A DNA stretch of 64,000 bases from an uncultured Fibrobacterota bacterium (GTDB lineage Bacteria; Fibrobacterota; Chitinivibrionia; Chitinivibrionales; FEN-1185), in contig CAVWBU010000016.1 in the NCBI GenBank assembly GCA_963753345.1, positions 96,001 to 160,000 of the forward strand. Reading direction: 5' to 3'. The notes below the pieces were generated by a model. It searched no databases, was not told where the DNA came from, and saw nothing but the letters and a program-made list of their open reading frames with translations. How positions within the stretch are numbered: position 1 is the first letter of the stretch; every line of letters begins with the position of its first letter. Below are positions 39,346-49,195 of this stretch, piece by piece. The translations under genes and the position numbers were made by a program.

Positions 39346-40367
39346 ACAGGTATCTTGCGGTTTACCGAGTGAAGAAGAATTCTGGTTATCACCAGCACTA
39401 CGAACGTGATGGCAAACAAAATGAGACCCAGCGCAAGGAGAGAAGACAAATACATTTTACCGAACGCTTCGGTAAACTCGTTGGCCAGGGTGGCCGATAT
39501 GGTGGTCCCCGGCGCAAACAGGGACAGTTGGATGCGGTGTGCGTTGCCTATGACGAACGTGACGGCCATGGTTTCACCGAGCGCACGTCCGAGTCCGAGC
39601 ATTATCGCGCCGATGATGCCGGTTTTGGTATAGGGCAAAATAATGCGGTAGCAAACCTCCCACACCGACGCGCCTGTGCCGTATGCCGCTTCGCGCAACG
39701 GAACGGGTACGGTGGCAAACGCCTGAAGGCTCACGGAGGCGATGAACGGCAGGACCATGATGCTCAGAATGAGCCCTGCGGTGAGCATGCCGATGCCGAA
39801 AGGAGGGCCCGCGAAAAGCGCTCCGATTATGGGAATCGGGCCGAGCGCGTTGATGACTGCCGGCTGAATGACTTTTGACATGATCGGCACAAGAACGAAC
39901 AATCCCCACATGCCGTATATAATGCTGGGGATCGCGGCAAGCAATTCAATGGTTGTGGTGAGAACGGATCGAAGTCGAAACGGGCACAGCTCGTTAAGAT
40001 AGAACGCCACGCCAAGGGCCAGCGGCGCCCCGATTGCAACCGCAACTATCGATGTTATGAGTGTGCCGGTGACTGCGGGCAGGGACCCGAATTTGTCGGT
40101 GACCGGGTTCCAGGAACTGCTGAAAATAAAGGACAGACCGAAGGTCTTGAAAGCGGGAAAACTCTGATAGCAAAGGATAACGAAGATCCCAGCCATCACC
40201 AGAACAACCAAAAGTGCAGCAGCCCTGGCAATGAGGCCGAAAAACGGTTCAAACCCGCTTCCAAAGGCAACCAGCCTTGGTCTTGGAAGGGCCTTGAGCT
40301 TTGCGTGTTCGGCAGCGTTGAGAGTCTCTGACGCCATGTCGCCAGCCGTTAAGGTTTCTTCCATCAT
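39342..40367 (-). CDS. pstC: Phosphate ABC transporter permease
   Basis: WNPV..FG, IELLAAIPSIIYGMWG, LGRALGETMAV, ANEF.EA. Confidence 0.95.
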   Translation of the reverse strand: MMEETLTAGDMASETLNAAEHAKLKALPRPRLVAFGSGFEPFFGLIARAAALLVVLVMAGIFVILCYQSFPAFKTFGLSFIFSSSWNPVTDKFGSLPAVTGTLITSIVAVAIGAPLALGVAFYLNELCPFRLRSVLTTTIELLAAIPSIIYGMWGLFVLVPIMSKVIQPAVINALGPIPIIGALFAGPPFGIGMLTAGLILSIMVLPFIASVSLQAFATVPVPLREAAYGTGASVWEVCYRIILPYTKTGIIGAIMLGLGRALGETMAVTFVIGNAHRIQLSLFAPGTTISATLANEFTEAFGKMYLSSLLALGLILFAITFVVLVITRILLHSVNRKIPV

Positions 40368-40450
40368 GACTTTGGCCGTTTTTCCAAAAATTTCACCCTG
40401 GTGGGCGACAAACCATGCAGACTTCGGCTTGAAAAGTGAATAAGGAAAAT

Positions 40451-40499
40451 CTTATAATCCTGTTAGGATCTTGTTAGGAAAAGGTTACAATTCTGTTAT
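40451..40499 (-). promoter_or_regulatory. PHO-box-like array upstream of pstC
   Basis: (G/C)TTA units at 40451, 40462, 40473, 40484 and 40495 (exact 11-bp period); reads TAAC/TAAG on the coding strand. Confidence 0.75.
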
Positions 40500-40517
40500 G
40501 TGTTTCTCTTGGGTAAT

Positions 40518-40545
40518 AGAGGCCGGCCCTGTAGGGCCGGCCTCT
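40518..40545. terminator. Strong GC hairpin between the porin gene and pstC (terminator or mRNA stabiliser)
   Basis: AGAGGCCGGCCCT-GT-AGGGCCGGCCTCT, 13-bp inverted repeat, with no clear U-tract. Confidence 0.55.
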
Positions 40546-40566
40546 TGCCCGTTGGATGTTCTGCAC

Positions 40567-41769
40567 TCAGTAGTCGAATTCACCGTTGAGAAAGACCTTG
40601 TTCGCGGTAATGCTCGCGCCCAGAACTCTGGGTTTCACGCGCTGATAGTCGAGCGCGAATTTCACGTTCTTGACCGGCGAATACTGCACACCGGCGAGCA
40701 TCGTCTGGCCATCGTTGGTGCTCCAGTAATTCCTGGAAGAAGCGAGGTCAAACCTGCCAAACACCTCAAGTTCCTTTATGATGTTGTACATTGCGTACAG
40801 GGAAACGCCGTTGGCGTCGTGGAGCCTGATGCCCCCCTGGCTCACCTGGTTGTCGTATTCCAGGCCGATCTTTGCCTTGTCGAGAATGTTGTACCCGACA
40901 AACGCGGCAATGGTTTTCTGTGCAGAGTCCTGGGTATTTTTCCGTTCGGGCATCCAGTCGCCGTACACGTAGATGGTCAGGTCCTTGATGGGATTGGCCT
41001 GCACCGCACCGGCAACCTTGTAGTCACCGAATGCATCCTGATTTGCTTTGTACCCTTCGCCGTTGGTGACCCCGAGCGTGATCTTAACCAGGTCCAGGAT
41101 ATTGACCATTGCCTTTGCGCCCAGATCCGCGCTGGACTCCCAACTCAGCTGATCCATGAGAGTCTTATAGACATACCGATGGCCCCAAAACGACTCCATC
41201 ACGTCAAAGGCGAAATAGGACATCTGTCCAGCGGTGATGGTCGTCAACGGGATCCCCTTGAATGCGACGTATGCGGTCTTCACGTATGCAATATAGGAGT
41301 CGTTAATTTTGAGCGACAACGGACCCTCCACCGACACTGTATTAAGATTGGTGGTTTTACCCGTATCCACTTTAACGGTACTACCCACGTTACTGTTGTT
41401 GGGTGCCGTATACGGATCGATGCGCTGAACATCCAACATCGCTTCCGTTGAGAATGCCTTGTTGATTTTGTAATCGTAACCAAGGTACACACGGGTCAGT
41501 TCAATCAGTGATTTTTCCGTTAGGGTGGCTGGAGCGTTCTGGGTTACATCATAGTTCCAGTCCGCATAGATCTTCCCTATGACTTTTCCCTCAGGCTTGT
41601 CTTCCGCAGGTTTCGGGGCCGGAGCCTTTGTTTCGGCCGGGGCTTCCACGGGAGCAGCCTGAACCGCCGCCTGGGTCGTATCCTGGGGCTTGTCTTGCGC
41701 CGATGATGCCATGACACCACCTGCGGCAAGCACACACGACAGAATCATTAATACGGTTGTGATGCGCAT
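40567..41769 (-). CDS. Outer-membrane porin (probable phosphate-selective, OprO/P-like)
   Basis: Signal peptide; ELTRVYLGY, YVKTAYV, SSADLG, GVTNGEG, EVFGRFD; ends in aromatic FDY; located between pstS and pstC. Confidence 0.75.
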   Translation of the reverse strand: MRITTVLMILSCVLAAGGVMASSAQDKPQDTTQAAVQAAPVEAPAETKAPAPKPAEDKPEGKVIGKIYADWNYDVTQNAPATLTEKSLIELTRVYLGYDYKINKAFSTEAMLDVQRIDPYTAPNNSNVGSTVKVDTGKTTNLNTVSVEGPLSLKINDSYIAYVKTAYVAFKGIPLTTITAGQMSYFAFDVMESFWGHRYVYKTLMDQLSWESSADLGAKAMVNILDLVKITLGVTNGEGYKANQDAFGDYKVAGAVQANPIKDLTIYVYGDWMPERKNTQDSAQKTIAAFVGYNILDKAKIGLEYDNQVSQGGIRLHDANGVSLYAMYNIIKELEVFGRFDLASSRNYWSTNDGQTMLAGVQYSPVKNVKFALDYQRVKPRVLGASITANKVFLNGEFDY

Positions 41770-41836
41770 TTTCTTTCATCCTCCTATTATTGGTTATCGG
41801 AAATGTGATGGATTCGTTTGCCTTAGAAGAATCGCG

Positions 41837-42889
41837 TTACTTTGCGTAAACCGCTTTTCCGTCCTGCGCCTTGATCTGATCCGCCCAGGTTTTTTCCACT
41901 ATGTCAATAACCGCCTGCGGAATCGGAACATAGTCGAGTTCCTCGGCCATCTTCTGGCCGTTGGCATAGCACCATGCGAAAAAGTTCAAGGCTTCGAGGG
42001 CCCTGTCGGGTTTTTCCTGGGACGTGTGCATCAGGATGAAGCTTGCGCCCGTGATGGGCCAGCTCTCTTTGCCGGGCTGATCGGTGAGCACAAGGTAGAA
42101 GCCGGGGGCGTTCTTCCAATCTGCATGAGCTGCGGCCGACTGAAACGTGCCGCTGCTGGGATTAAGGAAACCGCCCTCGTGGGAAGCCAGCATGGTGTAG
42201 GCGAGCTTGTTCTGAAGCGCATAGGCATATTCCACGTACCCGATCGCGCCCGGCGTCTGTGCGGTAAAGTTCGCCACGCCTTCGTTGCCCTTGCCGCCGA
42301 TGCCCACCGGCCATTCGACAGAAGTGTTGTTGCCGACTTTGTCTGCCCAATCCTTACTCACTTTCATCAGGTAGTTCGTAAAAAGGAACGTCGTCCCCGA
42401 CCCGTCAGAACGGTGCACCACGGCAATGTCCTGAGCGGGAAGTTTTACGCCTTTGTTGAGCTTTACAATCGCCTTGTCGTTCCACTTCTTTATCGTGCCG
42501 AGATAAATATCTGCCAGGACCGCACCGGTAAGTTTCACTTCGCCGGCCTTTATTCCCTGGATGTTGACAACAGGAACCACGCCGCCCATAATCATGGGCC
42601 ACTGTACCAGGCCGTCCTCTTTGAGCTTGTCCGGCTTGAGCGGCATGTCGGATGCGCCGAAATCAACGGTCTTTGCCTCGATCTGCTTGATGCCGCCGCC
42701 CGAGCCGATGGACTGATAATTAAGGCTTATGTCCCTCTGCGCCTTGTAGGCCTCCGCCCACTTCGAATACACGGGATACGGAAACGTTGCGCCCGCTCCG
42801 GTGATTTCTCCCGCCGACGCGCTCAAAGGCATGGCCAGGCATGCCAGCGACAGCGCCAGACCACCAACCTTGACGATACGTGCCTTCAT
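41837..42889 (-). CDS. pstS: Phosphate-binding protein
   Basis: GAGATFPYP, YQSIGSGGG, DFGASD, HRSDGSGTT, GKGNEGVA, GYVEY. Confidence 0.97.
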   Translation of the reverse strand: MKARIVKVGGLALSLACLAMPLSASAGEITGAGATFPYPVYSKWAEAYKAQRDISLNYQSIGSGGGIKQIEAKTVDFGASDMPLKPDKLKEDGLVQWPMIMGGVVPVVNIQGIKAGEVKLTGAVLADIYLGTIKKWNDKAIVKLNKGVKLPAQDIAVVHRSDGSGTTFLFTNYLMKVSKDWADKVGNNTSVEWPVGIGGKGNEGVANFTAQTPGAIGYVEYAYALQNKLAYTMLASHEGGFLNPSSGTFQSAAAHADWKNAPGFYLVLTDQPGKESWPITGASFILMHTSQEKPDRALEALNFFAWCYANGQKMAEELDYVPIPQAVIDIVEKTWADQIKAQDGKAVYAK

Positions 42890-43081
42890 GGCAGACTCCT
42901 TCTGTTAATGGTGAAACGTTAAACCGAATATGAATACAAAGGGTTTCCTGCTGACAATGGGTTGTTAGCATCCCGTGAGTGATGCCGCAGCCCTGTGTGA
43001 CGTTATGGCGTTCGCCGCCTAATGTGCCATTGGTTTCGCAATCATGGATTTTGCAGAACGCTAATAAAATCACTGGCAACC

Positions 43082-43119
43082 GTTATCGCACGATGTGGAA
43101 CCGATTAGTTTTTCGTTAG
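43082..43119 (-). promoter_or_regulatory. PHO-box-like repeats upstream of pstS
   Basis: GTTAT 43082, ATTAG 43104, GTTAG 43115 (multiples of 11 bp). Confidence 0.45.
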
Positions 43120-43177
43120 CGGAATTTCCAGCCGGCAACTGCGCCACGAACGAAAGACCCTTGGTCCCTTTTCGAGT

Positions 43178-43320
43178 AAAGAACCACGGCCATAGGCCGT
43201 GGCTTTGATGAGGGGGTGTAACCCCCGAAATCAAAGAAAAGCGCGTAAGCGCTTTGGCGTAACATTGTGCACCACGCCCATAGGGCGTGGTCTGTTTTTG
43301 AGAAAACGCCGAAGGCTTTT
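43178..43320. mobile_element. IS200/IS605-end-like non-autonomous palindromic element (PATE/MITE-like)
   Basis: Twin hairpins CCACGGCC-ATA-GGCCGTGG (43184-43202) and ACCACGCCC-ATA-GGGCGTGGT (43271-43291) flank further hairpins. No transposase ORF. Confidence 0.55.
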
Positions 43321-43416
43321 CTCTACTGCTTGTCCACGCTGCACAAAATCAACAATGCACCTCTCCAGGATTTTGTGAACCGGACACCTCGGAAAGGACG
43401 ATTCCCGAACCTGCGA

Positions 43417-44079
43417 TCACTCGTAAATTGCGAAATGCTTTCCCCGGTATCTTGGCTGCCGCCATGCATTAATCCTGTCCGGAAAGTCGGAGACCACTCC
43501 GTCAATTTCCATTGCTTCCATGAGAAGAAATTCCTCTTCGCTGTTGACAACCCGCGCAACAACTTCCACGCCATGGTCGTGGCATTCCTCGACAAGTCCG
43601 GACGTCACATGGCTCTTGTCCACAAAAACGCAATGCGCCCCCATTTGCGCAGCATACTGTATCGCCACGAGGGGCGCCCCCAGAACAATGCAGCCGATGC
43701 GGATATTCGGATCGTAGCTTTGCACCGTCTTGACCATGGTGAAATCCTGGCTTGACACAATAAACTGCGCATACTTCCAGGTCCTGCGGAATATGGCATT
43801 GTGGATTTGCCGGACAACGTGTGACGCGGCCTGCGCTCCGCTTATGGTGATGTGGAGGCTTGTGCTGCCTTCCGCAATTCTTATCGCATTAGCAAGCAGG
43901 AATGTTCCGCGCAGTTCATCCGCAGGGGCCAGCAGGTGGGTATCGGGATCGACCGGCATGCAGCCTTCATCGCCCACATCCACACCCACCCAATCTGCAC
44001 CCGCATGCACCGACCTGACAACGCACGCAACCATATCGCCCGCTTCGGCGCAATTTGCAAAACATTGTAGCCGCGCCAT
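43417..44079 (-). CDS. Glycerophosphodiester phosphodiesterase-fold protein, catalytic residues degenerate
   Basis: GADWVGVDV, IVSSQDF, C-terminal HGVEVVARVVNSEEE...IDGVVSDFPDR match GDPD. HRG and ENT motifs are absent. Confidence 0.65.
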   Translation of the reverse strand: MARLQCFANCAEAGDMVACVVRSVHAGADWVGVDVGDEGCMPVDPDTHLLAPADELRGTFLLANAIRIAEGSTSLHITISGAQAASHVVRQIHNAIFRRTWKYAQFIVSSQDFTMVKTVQSYDPNIRIGCIVLGAPLVAIQYAAQMGAHCVFVDKSHVTSGLVEECHDHGVEVVARVVNSEEEFLLMEAMEIDGVVSDFPDRINAWRQPRYRGKHFAIYE

Positions 44080-44352
44080 GATGCATCCCCTGTTGTCAAG
44101 CTTAACGATCCATGAAAGCGCCGGCCAGCAGCCTCGTAAGGGTCGGACCGATATTGCCGCGCGCTTCGGCGGGCATGCGGGTTCCATGGGATTTGAAGAG
44201 CTTTGTGAAAAAATCGGCGCTTAATCCTGAAAGAAAAATGGAAGGGAAGGCAAGCACGGAGGTTTTATTGCGAGAGGAAGTGCTTGCCCCCCTTCGAAGA
44301 AGACGACTGCAGAGAATGCCCTGTTCGCGCACGCGCTGAAACCGGAGCATGA

Positions 44353-44715
44353 TCATTCCTGGAATGCGAGCGCGCCGCGCCTGCGACCCACCGTCGAACG
44401 CGCATAGTGGGGGTACATGACAAAGAGGTGTCCCGGATTGTCGCCGGCCTCGATTGGCACGTCGGTGAGCACGGACTGTGAAAACCCTTCACTTTCGGCA
44501 ATGAGCGAATACACCGCAGGGGACACGTTGATGATAACAAAGTTCCCGTTCCCGTCGGTGTATGCGAACCGGCCGGTCTCGCGAATCCACACACGGCTGT
44601 GCCCGATGCCGGTTCCGTCCATGTCAAGGACCTTGCCGCGAATGTGGCCGAGCCTCGGGTCCATGCCCGATGTTCCGCTGCTCAAGTCGGCATTGAAGGT
44701 GAAGACGTAATTCAT
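44353..44715 (-). CDS. Carboxypeptidase-regulatory-like (prealbumin-fold) domain protein
   Basis: IRGKVLD..G..I....V, TDGNGNF.I.NV.PAVYSL.A..EGF; GGAGG RBS. Confidence 0.75.
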   Translation of the reverse strand: MNYVFTFNADLSSGTSGMDPRLGHIRGKVLDMDGTGIGHSRVWIRETGRFAYTDGNGNFVIINVSPAVYSLIAESEGFSQSVLTDVPIEAGDNPGHLFVMYPHYARSTVGRRRGALAFQE

Positions 44716-44762
44716 TGGTTCCTCCTTTTCTCTTTTTCCACCTATAAAAATGCCTTGCAGAA

Positions 44763-44800
44763 ATTAGGCCGTTCTGAGGTCTTTGTTAGAAATTCGCAAG
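44763..44800 (-). promoter_or_regulatory. PHO-box-like repeats upstream of the 44715 gene
   Basis: ATTAG 44763, CTGAG 44774, GTTAG 44785, GCAAG 44796 (11-bp period). Confidence 0.45.
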
Positions 44801-44913
44801 AAACCTCCACCAACCGCAACCGCTTGTGGTGCAAGCCGGTGCGTCATGGCGCGCAGGGCAAAAACCCTCTCGGGCACAAAGGCCGACCGCGCCACACCAC
44901 GCACCGCAATACA

Positions 44914-46122
44914 TTAATTCGTTTGCCCGTTTGCATGATCGGCATCCACGCGATGTTTCCCAAAAGCGGGAATCAGTTGCGAGGAAAAGAACGAAACGAG
45001 CGGCACCGTCAGAATAACGGCGATGCTGCCGCTAACGGCTTGAATGATGTAGATGGCGATCATATTGTTGTTTATCAACTGATAATACTTTACATTCCAG
45101 GAATAGAGCAGGATCAAAATATTGAGCGATGTTCCCGTGAAGGCGATAATAAGGGTATTTGCCATGGTACCCATCATGTCGCGCCCCACGTTCATGCCGG
45201 AATTGAACAACTCCTTGGCCCCCAGCCTGCTGTTACTTGCATGCACTTCACGCACCGAAGCTGCGATGGAAATGGCAATATCCATGATGGCGCCCAGCGA
45301 GGAGATAAGGATCGCCGCGAACAAAAGTTCGCCGGCCTTCATGTGCGTCTTTCCCGCAATCTGGATGAGCACGTCAGCCTCATTGGCGCTGAACCCTGAA
45401 AGGTGGGCGATTTTCAGGGCCGCCAGGAGAAAAAGCCCCGACGCCGCAACCCCGGCCATTGTGCCGAGAATGGCGGAAAAAGTCTTGGCGGTAAAACCTC
45501 CGAGCAGGACCAGCGTCACGCAAAGGCTCACCACCACCACGCCGATCGAAGCAAAGGCGGGAGAATAGCCCCGATACAGCATGGGAATAAAAAGGAAGAT
45601 GATACCCGTAAAGGTGAAAATGATTCCCAGAACGGATCTGACACCCCGGCTTCCACCAATGGCGCAGAGAACCGCGAAAAACAAAAGGACCAGCGCATAG
45701 AGGTAGAATTCCCTGTCGTAACTGTAAATCCAGGCATCGTAGGTATTCTTATTGGCGGTGTCGATGCAGACGATTACCCTGGTGCCGGCCCTCGCTCTCA
45801 CATTAATGGAGTAGTTGAGCGTGTTCCGGGCAGATATTACCTCGCCTTTGTGCTCGCCGGTGAGAACCTTGATTTTAAGTGCCTGAAACCCCACGTCCAG
45901 ATCGGTGGTTTTATCTCTTGTCAATGCTTCTTTCTCCACCGCCATAACGCGCGCTTTTTCATACCGGACATAGGCGCCGGAAGCCGAGCTGTACAAATGA
46001 GGGATTCGCGTCTGGTGGTTAAAAAGGAATATCAGACCCAGATAAATCGCCAACGCCGCGCATCCGGCAAGCGTTCGCACAATCTTACTGTTTGTTAACT
46101 TTTTTATTGTCAGGTTGATCAT
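44914..46122 (-). CDS. YibE/F-family membrane protein
   Basis: SLGAIMDIAISIAA, SGMNVGRDMMGTMANTLI.AF.G, GSIAVILTVP. Confidence 0.9.
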   Translation of the reverse strand: MINLTIKKLTNSKIVRTLAGCAALAIYLGLIFLFNHQTRIPHLYSSASGAYVRYEKARVMAVEKEALTRDKTTDLDVGFQALKIKVLTGEHKGEVISARNTLNYSINVRARAGTRVIVCIDTANKNTYDAWIYSYDREFYLYALVLLFFAVLCAIGGSRGVRSVLGIIFTFTGIIFLFIPMLYRGYSPAFASIGVVVVSLCVTLVLLGGFTAKTFSAILGTMAGVAASGLFLLAALKIAHLSGFSANEADVLIQIAGKTHMKAGELLFAAILISSLGAIMDIAISIAASVREVHASNSRLGAKELFNSGMNVGRDMMGTMANTLIIAFTGTSLNILILLYSWNVKYYQLINNNMIAIYIIQAVSGSIAVILTVPLVSFFSSQLIPAFGKHRVDADHANGQTN

Positions 46123-46155
46123 TCTTCGTTCTTTGCGCCGCCATTGCGCGTCTAA

Positions 46156-46190
46156 GCAATAATCCACCCGCGCAGCAGGTGGATTATTGC
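46156..46190. terminator. Intergenic hairpin between the phosphatase and YibE/F genes
   Basis: GCAATAATCCACC-9 nt-GGTGGATTATTGC, 13-bp perfect stem. Confidence 0.5.
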
Positions 46191-46204
46191 CGAGAAATAA
46201 GTAA

Positions 46205-47851
46205 TCAGGGCTGGATCAACGCCAACGGCAGGTTCCCTCTGTGAGGCCCACTGATCCTGAGCAGGTAAAAGCCGGAGCGCAGAGATCCCGACAAAGGAAC
46301 CTGTTGTGCGCTGCCCGTAAAGACTCTTTTCCCCAGATCCATCACCTTTGCGCCAGAAGCGCTGAAGATTTCGAGGCGGGCCGTTCCCTCCAATCCCTCG
46401 ACCATCAAGAATCCTTGGAACAAACGGGCAGCCAGAGACACACCGAGCCGGCCGGCCTTGGAGGTCGGCATGGCCTTGACAGAACCATTCTTGATAATGG
46501 TGTAGCTGTCGATCGGCGCTGCCTGATTGCTTGCGTTGATCGCGTAGGTGACGATGGAAAACGTATCGCTGTGGATCTTGACGCAGGAGAATGTCGGCTC
46601 GTTCTGCTGCCAGTAGAATGCAGAGTATACCGGGAGGGTTGTATCCCCGTTTACCACGAACGATGAGTTGATCGGGTAGAATTTGCTGCCGCTTCCGGAA
46701 TTAAGGGTCATGTAAAGGGTACCCTGGGGATTTACGGTTTTATTTGTTTCCCCGGTTCTCGACACGGGCAGTCCTCCGAGCATCTGGTACGACCTGTTGT
46801 AGGTGTGGTCGTGACCCGACATGACAACGTCGATGCCATACTTGTCAAAAACCGGCGGATACGCGCTCCTTCTGAATAGAATATCGGCGTCCAAAGCGTG
46901 ATCTGCATCGCTGTATAAAGAATGATGGAAGTTCACGATTTTCCACATGGTCTTCGGGTTGAGCGCTATGGCCTGGCCGATAAAGACATCGTGCGTCGCG
47001 GCGCTTTGGGTGTTGCTGTTGATCACCATGAACAGGGTGTTGCCATAGGTAAACCAATAGTCGCCGTCGTTTCCGTATGCGGTGGCTCCGTCCTGCGCCG
47101 ACTGGTTGGGCAGGTTATAGTGGTACCCGTAATAATGGCCAAGACCGTAGTCATGGTTTCCGTCTATTGTGGCGACGGGGAGGCCAAGCAATTGCGGCGG
47201 GCTGAAGTAGCCGTTGTACTGCGGATCGTCACCCGCTTGCGACGTTGTATTATCGATCTGATCGCCGAGTGAAAGCATAAAGCTGGCATTTGAAACCGAT
47301 TGCGTTGCGACGGCAACTGCATTCTGCCAGCCGAGAGTGTCGTAACCAAGAACGTCGCTCGCTTGCGCGGGGGGTTCGAGCGCACCGCCCGTTGAAGCAC
47401 CGATCTGCGGATCGCCCACCGCGATGATGGTGAAGGATCCGGTGTCTCTGGTCTGGATCGTGTGAAAATCGCTCCACGTCGAGTCGTGGCCGACGCGGTA
47501 CGTGTAACTGGTGGAAAGCGCAAGCCCGGTCACCGTCACCTTGTTCTGATACCATCCGGCCAAAATGACTCCCGCGGTTGAATCATAGAGCGCTTGAGAC
47601 GACATGTTGCCGGTGAATTTCGCAGTATCGCCGCCGCTTGTTTTGACGATTTGAACCGCGGGCGTGTGAGGCGCAGCAGTTGCCCAGGAGAAGCAAAGCT
47701 GCGAGGCATCGCTGCCCGGAGTGATGTTGAGCCAGGAATTGGGGACGTGCACTCCATCGGGAACGCCCGCAATCGCGGGTGCTAATGAAAGCAAAACTAT
47801 CGCCAGTGGCGCCAGCAGTAACTTCCTGCATTTTCCGAGTTTGATAGACAT
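46205..47851 (-). CDS. Secreted purple-acid-phosphatase-like metallophosphoesterase (FN3-like N-domain, C-terminal sorting domain)
   Basis: Signal peptide; TGL...TSYTYRVG; GDPQ, GDQID, GNHD, FHH, GHDH metal ligands; IFSASG...SGFYLLRI tail. Confidence 0.88.
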   Translation of the reverse strand: MSIKLGKCRKLLLAPLAIVLLSLAPAIAGVPDGVHVPNSWLNITPGSDASQLCFSWATAAPHTPAVQIVKTSGGDTAKFTGNMSSQALYDSTAGVILAGWYQNKVTVTGLALSTSYTYRVGHDSTWSDFHTIQTRDTGSFTIIAVGDPQIGASTGGALEPPAQASDVLGYDTLGWQNAVAVATQSVSNASFMLSLGDQIDNTTSQAGDDPQYNGYFSPPQLLGLPVATIDGNHDYGLGHYYGYHYNLPNQSAQDGATAYGNDGDYWFTYGNTLFMVINSNTQSAATHDVFIGQAIALNPKTMWKIVNFHHSLYSDADHALDADILFRRSAYPPVFDKYGIDVVMSGHDHTYNRSYQMLGGLPVSRTGETNKTVNPQGTLYMTLNSGSGSKFYPINSSFVVNGDTTLPVYSAFYWQQNEPTFSCVKIHSDTFSIVTYAINASNQAAPIDSYTIIKNGSVKAMPTSKAGRLGVSLAARLFQGFLMVEGLEGTARLEIFSASGAKVMDLGKRVFTGSAQQVPLSGSLRSGFYLLRISGPHRGNLPLALIQP

Positions 47852-48185
47852 GGGTTTCTCTCCTTCATGAAATTTCTTTTTGTCCTAGGATGATTTTCGC
47901 AATACAAAATTTGTCAAATGAGCTTCAAACTATTGAAATGACCGTTTGTCTGCGAACCAGACCATTTTTTTTGCAAGACCGTATTGCTGCAACGTGCTGG
48001 AATAATTCCTCCTTTTCCTGAAACCTTGCAACGAATTTCGACTCCACATCGATGTTTCGCATCAACCACCTCCTCCTTGCTTTGTTGCCTTGCAACAAAA
48101 TGTTTCGTGTTTCCCCAACATATCACCGGACCGACGATGTCGGCATTACCTCACCTTGTGCCGCGTTAAAATATCGCAGGCAGGA

Positions 48186-48223
48186 ATTAGAACGTGGTGT
48201 CAATCCGGTTATTTGTTTGTTAG
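48186..48223 (-). promoter_or_regulatory. PHO-box-like repeats upstream of the metallophosphatase
   Basis: ATTAG 48186, GTTAT 48208, GTTAG 48219 (multiples of 11 bp). Confidence 0.45.
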
Positions 48224-48304
48224 GAGACCGGCGTCGCGCTTTAGTTGTATTTGTCAATTATGATAAGAGTAGTGACGGGCTTTTGTCCGGGAAACAGGGC
48301 AAGA

Positions 48305-49195
48305 CTATACTGAGGAAACCGGATACATTTCCTGCGAAGAATTCTGCAGCCCACGCGGCGGTTCGAGGAAACACGAGAGCTCTTTGTCCTGGATCAGAAG
48401 CATCTCCCGCGCCGCCGGCCGCTGCGACCGGCATTCAGCGTCAACAGCGGTTTCCATTTTCTTGAGGTCAACGGGGAAAAGCTCGGCGGCCAGTCGGCAG
48501 CATTGCGCCGCTGTTTCATGCCTGACGCGGGAGAAAAACGGCGTTTCGCCGGGGATAAGACACGATGAGAACCCCTCGTCGTACGGAATGGAAAAAGGCA
48601 CCACCCGGCCGGGATAGCGCTTCTGCAGAGCGGCAAGCGGACCGGCCGGGTTGGGCAACTCCCGGAGGTAATTCGGGACAATCTTCCACTTCATCTTTGA
48701 ACCCAGTGCCGACGAAAGTTTTTCAAGGCTTCGAAGTGACGGCATACAAAGATCGGTGGGAACGCATATTTCATCCGCGGCACGAAGCGAGATCTCCTGA
48801 ACGCGGCCCATGCCCGGCGGCGTGTCGATTATCACAAAATCGTAGGCAGCTTCCAGATTGAAAAACCTGAACCGCTTCCTGAGGTGTTCCGGATCGGAAG
48901 TGCCTCTGTCGCACCAAGCCGTGGACAAAGCAGCAGCGTCGAGGTTCGGTGCCGCATTCTTTCTTATGACCCGTTCAAGGATGCCGGACGCGCAGACCTT
49001 TGAGGTCCGCAGCGACGGCTCCTCCCTTTCCGCTCCACCCATCGCATCGGACAAATGGTTCTGGCAGGAGTCCATGTCCACGGCCAAGACGCGGTATCCG
49101 GCAAGGGCCAGCAGGCGGCACATCATGAGACCCAGGGCAGTCTTTCCTGTGCCACCTTTATAATGGAATAGGGTGACGGTTTTCATGGTGCTCAA
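48305..49195 (-). CDS. Orphan ParA/MinD-family ATPase
   Basis: KGGTGKT deviant Walker A, RVLAVDMD, YDFVIIDTPP. No parB adjacent. Confidence 0.8.
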   Translation of the reverse strand: MSTMKTVTLFHYKGGTGKTALGLMMCRLLALAGYRVLAVDMDSCQNHLSDAMGGAEREEPSLRTSKVCASGILERVIRKNAAPNLDAAALSTAWCDRGTSDPEHLRKRFRFFNLEAAYDFVIIDTPPGMGRVQEISLRAADEICVPTDLCMPSLRSLEKLSSALGSKMKWKIVPNYLRELPNPAGPLAALQKRYPGRVVPFSIPYDEGFSSCLIPGETPFFSRVRHETAAQCCRLAAELFPVDLKKMETAVDAECRSQRPAAREMLLIQDKELSCFLEPPRGLQNSSQEMYPVSSV

